DNA of 64,000 nucleotides from Escherichia coli O157:H7 (GTDB lineage Bacteria; Pseudomonadota; Gammaproteobacteria; Enterobacterales; Enterobacteriaceae): NCBI RefSeq assembly GCF_013167455.1, contig NZ_CP038328.1; one strand, 5' to 3'. Shown piece by piece: positions 61,077 to 64,000 of this stretch (position 1 is its first letter; each line of letters starts with the position of its first letter). The notes under the pieces were generated by a model. It saw only the letters and a program-made list of their open reading frames with translations, ran no database searches and was not told where the DNA came from. The position numbers and the translations under genes were made by a program.

Positions 61077-61865
61077 ATGCAAGTCGACCTGCTGAGTTCC
61101 GCGCAATCTGCGCACACGTTACACCTTTTTCACCAACATTCCCCTCTTGTGCACTGCATGACCAACGATGTGGTGCAAACCTTTACTGCCAATACCTTGC
61201 TGGCGCTCGGTGCATCGCCAGCGATGGTTATCGAAACCGAAGAGGCCAGTCAGTTTGCGGCTATCGCCAGTGCCTTGTTGATTAACGTTGGCACACTGAC
61301 GCAGCCACGCGCACAGGCGATGCGTGCTGCCGTTGAGCAAGCAAAAAGCTCTCAAACACCCTGGACGCTTGATCCAGTAGCGGTTGGTGCGCTCGATTAT
61401 CGCCGCCATTTTTGTCATGAACTTTTATCTTTTAAACCGGCAGCGATACGTGGTAATGCTTCGGAAATCATGGCATTAGCTGGCGTTGCTAATGGTGGAC
61501 GGGGAGTGGATACCACTGACGCCGCAGTTAACGCGATACCCGCTGCACAAACACTGGCACGGGAAACTGGCGCAATCGTCGTGGTCACTGGCGAGGTGGA
61601 TTATGTTACCGATGGCCATCGCGCCGTTGGCATTCACGGTGGCGATCCGTTAATGACCAAAGTGGTAGGAACTGGCTGTGCATTATCGGCGGTTGTCGCT
61701 GCCTGTTGTGCGTTACCAGGCGATATGCTGGAAAATGTCGCATCTGCCTGTCACTGGATGAAACAAGCCGGAGAACGCGCAGTCGCCAGAAGCGAGGGGC
61801 CAGGCAGTTTTGTTCCACATTTCCTTGATGCGCTCTGGCAATTGACGCAGGAGGTGCAGGCATGA
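61077..61865 (+). CDS. thiM: Hydroxyethylthiazole kinase
   Basis: 262 aa; recognised ThiM sequence; downstream of the THI element. Confidence 0.9.
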   Translation: MQVDLLSSAQSAHTLHLFHQHSPLVHCMTNDVVQTFTANTLLALGASPAMVIETEEASQFAAIASALLINVGTLTQPRAQAMRAAVEQAKSSQTPWTLDPVAVGALDYRRHFCHELLSFKPAAIRGNASEIMALAGVANGGRGVDTTDAAVNAIPAAQTLARETGAIVVVTGEVDYVTDGHRAVGIHGGDPLMTKVVGTGCALSAVVAACCALPGDMLENVASACHWMKQAGERAVARSEGPGSFVPHFLDALWQLTQEVQA

Positions 61866-62662
61866 AACGAATTAACGCTCTGACGATTGCCGGTACTGAT
61901 CCGAGTGGTGGTGCGGGGATTCAGGCCGATCTTAAAACCTTCTCGGCACTTGGCGCTTATGGTTGCTCAGTTATTACTGCACTGGTGGCGCAAAATACCC
62001 GTGGCGTACAGTCGGTGTATCGCATTGAGCCTGATTTTGTCGCCGCCCAGCTCGATTCGGTGTTCAGCGATGTGCGAATCGATACCACTAAAATCGGTAT
62101 GTTGGCGGAAACCGATATTGTTGAAGCGGTGGCAGAACGGTTGCAACGTTATCAGATCCAAAACGTGGTACTCGACACCGTTATGCTGGCAAAAAGTGGC
62201 GACCCACTGCTTTCACCTTCGGCAGTTGCCACGCTACGCAGTCGATTATTGCCACAGGTTTCATTAATAACGCCAAACTTGCCCGAAGCTGCTGCCTTGC
62301 TCGACGCGCCACACGCGCGCACCGAACAGGAAATGCTGGAACAAGGGCGAGCGCTGTTGGCGATGGGCTGTGGCGCAGTGCTAATGAAAGGTGGCCATCT
62401 GGATGATGAGCAAAGCCCGGACTGGCTGTTTACCCGCGAGGGTGAACAACGGTTTACCGCACCGCGCATTATGACCAAAAACACCCACGGCACTGGTTGT
62501 ACACTCTCTGCGGCGTTGGCTGCACTACGCCCGCGCCATACAAACTGGGCTGACACCGTACAGGAGGCAAAAAGCTGGCTTTCATCGGCGTTAGCCCAGG
62601 CCGACACGCTGGAAGTTGGTCACGGTATTGGTCCGGTTCACCACTTCCACGCCTGGTGGTGA
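61862..62662 (+). CDS. thiD: Hydroxymethylpyrimidine / phosphomethylpyrimidine kinase
   Basis: 266 aa; overlaps the thiM stop (ATGA); recognised ThiD sequence. Confidence 0.9.
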   Translation: MKRINALTIAGTDPSGGAGIQADLKTFSALGAYGCSVITALVAQNTRGVQSVYRIEPDFVAAQLDSVFSDVRIDTTKIGMLAETDIVEAVAERLQRYQIQNVVLDTVMLAKSGDPLLSPSAVATLRSRLLPQVSLITPNLPEAAALLDAPHARTEQEMLEQGRALLAMGCGAVLMKGGHLDDEQSPDWLFTREGEQRFTAPRIMTKNTHGTGCTLSAALAALRPRHTNWADTVQEAKSWLSSALAQADTLEVGHGIGPVHHFHAWW

Positions 62663-62717
62663 GCACCGTACTATAGCTGCTTTGGTTATTGTCAGCCTTT
62701 GGCACTGACATTCAGGG

Positions 62718-63545
62718 ATGAAACCAATGCAGCTAAGAATTACCAGTCGAAAAAAACTCACCGCTCTATTATGCGCTCTTGGGCTAATTTCCATCGTTGC
62801 AATTTATCCGCGTCAGACGGTGAATTTTTTCTATTCGACAGCAGTTCAGATTACAGACTACATCCACTTCTACGGTTATCGCCCGGTTAAATCTTTCGCT
62901 ATTCATATTCCTGCCAGTTACACCATTCACGGAATAGATGTTTCGCGCTGGCAGGAGCGGATCGACTGGCAGCGGGTGGCAAAAATGCGCGATAACGGTA
63001 TCCGCTTACAATTTGCCTTTATCAAGGCGACGGAAGGCGAAAAGCTGGTGGACCCCTATTTTTCGCGTAACTGGCAACTAAGCCGCGAAAATGGCCTGCT
63101 GCGCGGGGCGTATCATTATTTCTCCCCGTCGGTAGCAGCGCCTGTTCAGGCGCGATTATTTCTGCAAACGGTGGATTTCTCACAAGGCGATTTCCCTGCC
63201 GTGCTGGACGTAGAAGAACGGGGAAAATTATCGGCAAAAGAATTACGCAAGCGGGTAAGTCAGTGGCTAAAAATGGTCGAAAAAAGTACGGGAAAAAAGC
63301 CGGTTATTTACTCAGGAGCCGTTTTTTATCACACCAATCTGGCGGGCTATTTCAATGAATATCCGTGGTGGGTGGCTCACTACTATCAACGTCGCCCGGA
63401 CAATGACGGCATGGCCTGGCGTTTCTGGCAGCATTCCGACCGTGGGCAGGTAGATGGCATTAATGGTTCGGTGGATTTTAATGTGTTTAATGGCACAGAG
63501 GAGGAGTTGCAGGCATTCGTTGATGGGATTAAAGAAACGCCTTAA
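62718..63545 (+). CDS. yegX: Glycoside hydrolase family 25 (lysozyme-like) membrane-anchored protein YegX
   Basis: 275 aa with N-terminal TM segment; GH25-like region (GIDVSRWQ..., FAFIKATEG); synteny. Confidence 0.8.
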   Translation: MKPMQLRITSRKKLTALLCALGLISIVAIYPRQTVNFFYSTAVQITDYIHFYGYRPVKSFAIHIPASYTIHGIDVSRWQERIDWQRVAKMRDNGIRLQFAFIKATEGEKLVDPYFSRNWQLSRENGLLRGAYHYFSPSVAAPVQARLFLQTVDFSQGDFPAVLDVEERGKLSAKELRKRVSQWLKMVEKSTGKKPVIYSGAVFYHTNLAGYFNEYPWWVAHYYQRRPDNDGMAWRFWQHSDRGQVDGINGSVDFNVFNGTEEELQAFVDGIKETP

Positions 63546-63596
63546 ATAAGAAGCAGTGATATACTCCCACCAGACTCCCTGGCAGGAAAAAGACAA

Positions 63597-64000
63597 ATGG
63601 AACAAGCGCATACCCAGCTGATTGCCCAACTGAACGAGCGTATTTTAGCGGCGGATAACACGCCGCTTTATATTAAGTTTGCCGAAACGGTAAAAAATGC
63701 CGTGCGCAGCGGGGTGCTGGAGCATGGCAATATTTTGCCCGGTGAGCGTGATTTAAGTCAGTTAACCGGCGTTTCACGCATTACGGTGCGCAAGGCGATG
63801 CAGGCGCTGGAAGAAGAGGGTGTGGTGACGCGTTCGCGCGGTTACGGCACGCAGATCAACAACATCTTCGAATACTCGTTGAAAGAAGCGCGAGGTTTTT
63901 CTCAGCAGGTGGTATTGCGCGGGAAAAAGCCCGATACGCTATGGGTTAACAAGCGTGTCGTGAAATGTCCCGAAGAAGTCGCGCAGCAGCTGGCGGTCGA
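63597..64000 (+). CDS. yegW: GntR-family transcriptional regulator YegW, 5' part (runs off the right window edge)
   Basis: N-terminal GntR-type HTH (GNILPGERDLSQLTGVSRITVRKAMQALEEEG); open at the window end. Confidence 0.75.
   Translation, partial: MEQAHTQLIAQLNERILAADNTPLYIKFAETVKNAVRSGVLEHGNILPGERDLSQLTGVSRITVRKAMQALEEEGVVTRSRGYGTQINNIFEYSLKEARGFSQQVVLRGKKPDTLWVNKRVVKCPEEVAQQLAV

Overview
This 64-kb window reads as an Escherichia coli chromosome segment carrying the right (late) arm of a lambda-like prophage inserted into mlrA (yehV), followed by the yeh/rcn/thi region. All calls come from reading the supplied sequence and ORF track and from recalled protein families; no database search was run, so identities are by recall, and some hand-counted coordinates may be off by a base. 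Positions 1 to about 25266 are prophage: a partial upstream ORF, a pinholin / SAR-endolysin / Rz-Rz1 lysis cassette with an antirepressor-like gene inserted, a putative cos site, terminase small and large subunits, W, portal, a single ORF fusing a ClpP-like protease to an HK97-fold capsid protein, a lambda-type tail module Z-U-V-G/G-T-H-M-L-K-I-J, lom, a side tail fibre with collagen-like repeats, and a dinI-like gene next to the junction. From about 25267 the chromosome runs btsS-btsR-yehS-yehR-yehQ-yehP-yehM-yehL, two tandem zorO/orzO-type type I toxin-antitoxin modules, yehK-yehI, two decayed WGR/DUF4132 (molR-like) paralogs, metG, apbC, the yehEDCBA fimbrial operon, rcnB-rcnA-rcnR, an AT-rich islet, the TPP riboswitch with thiM-thiD, yegX and the start of yegW. 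The most interesting items are the zor/orz tandem modules (known from O157:H7, absent from K-12), the uncharacterised MoxR-AAA+ / vWA / double-SWIM operon beside the diversifying DUF4132 paralog array, an in-frame amber codon in yehM, the rcnR-thiM islet, and a tail-fibre gene followed by a paralogous C-terminal cassette. None can be asserted as undescribed without searches.
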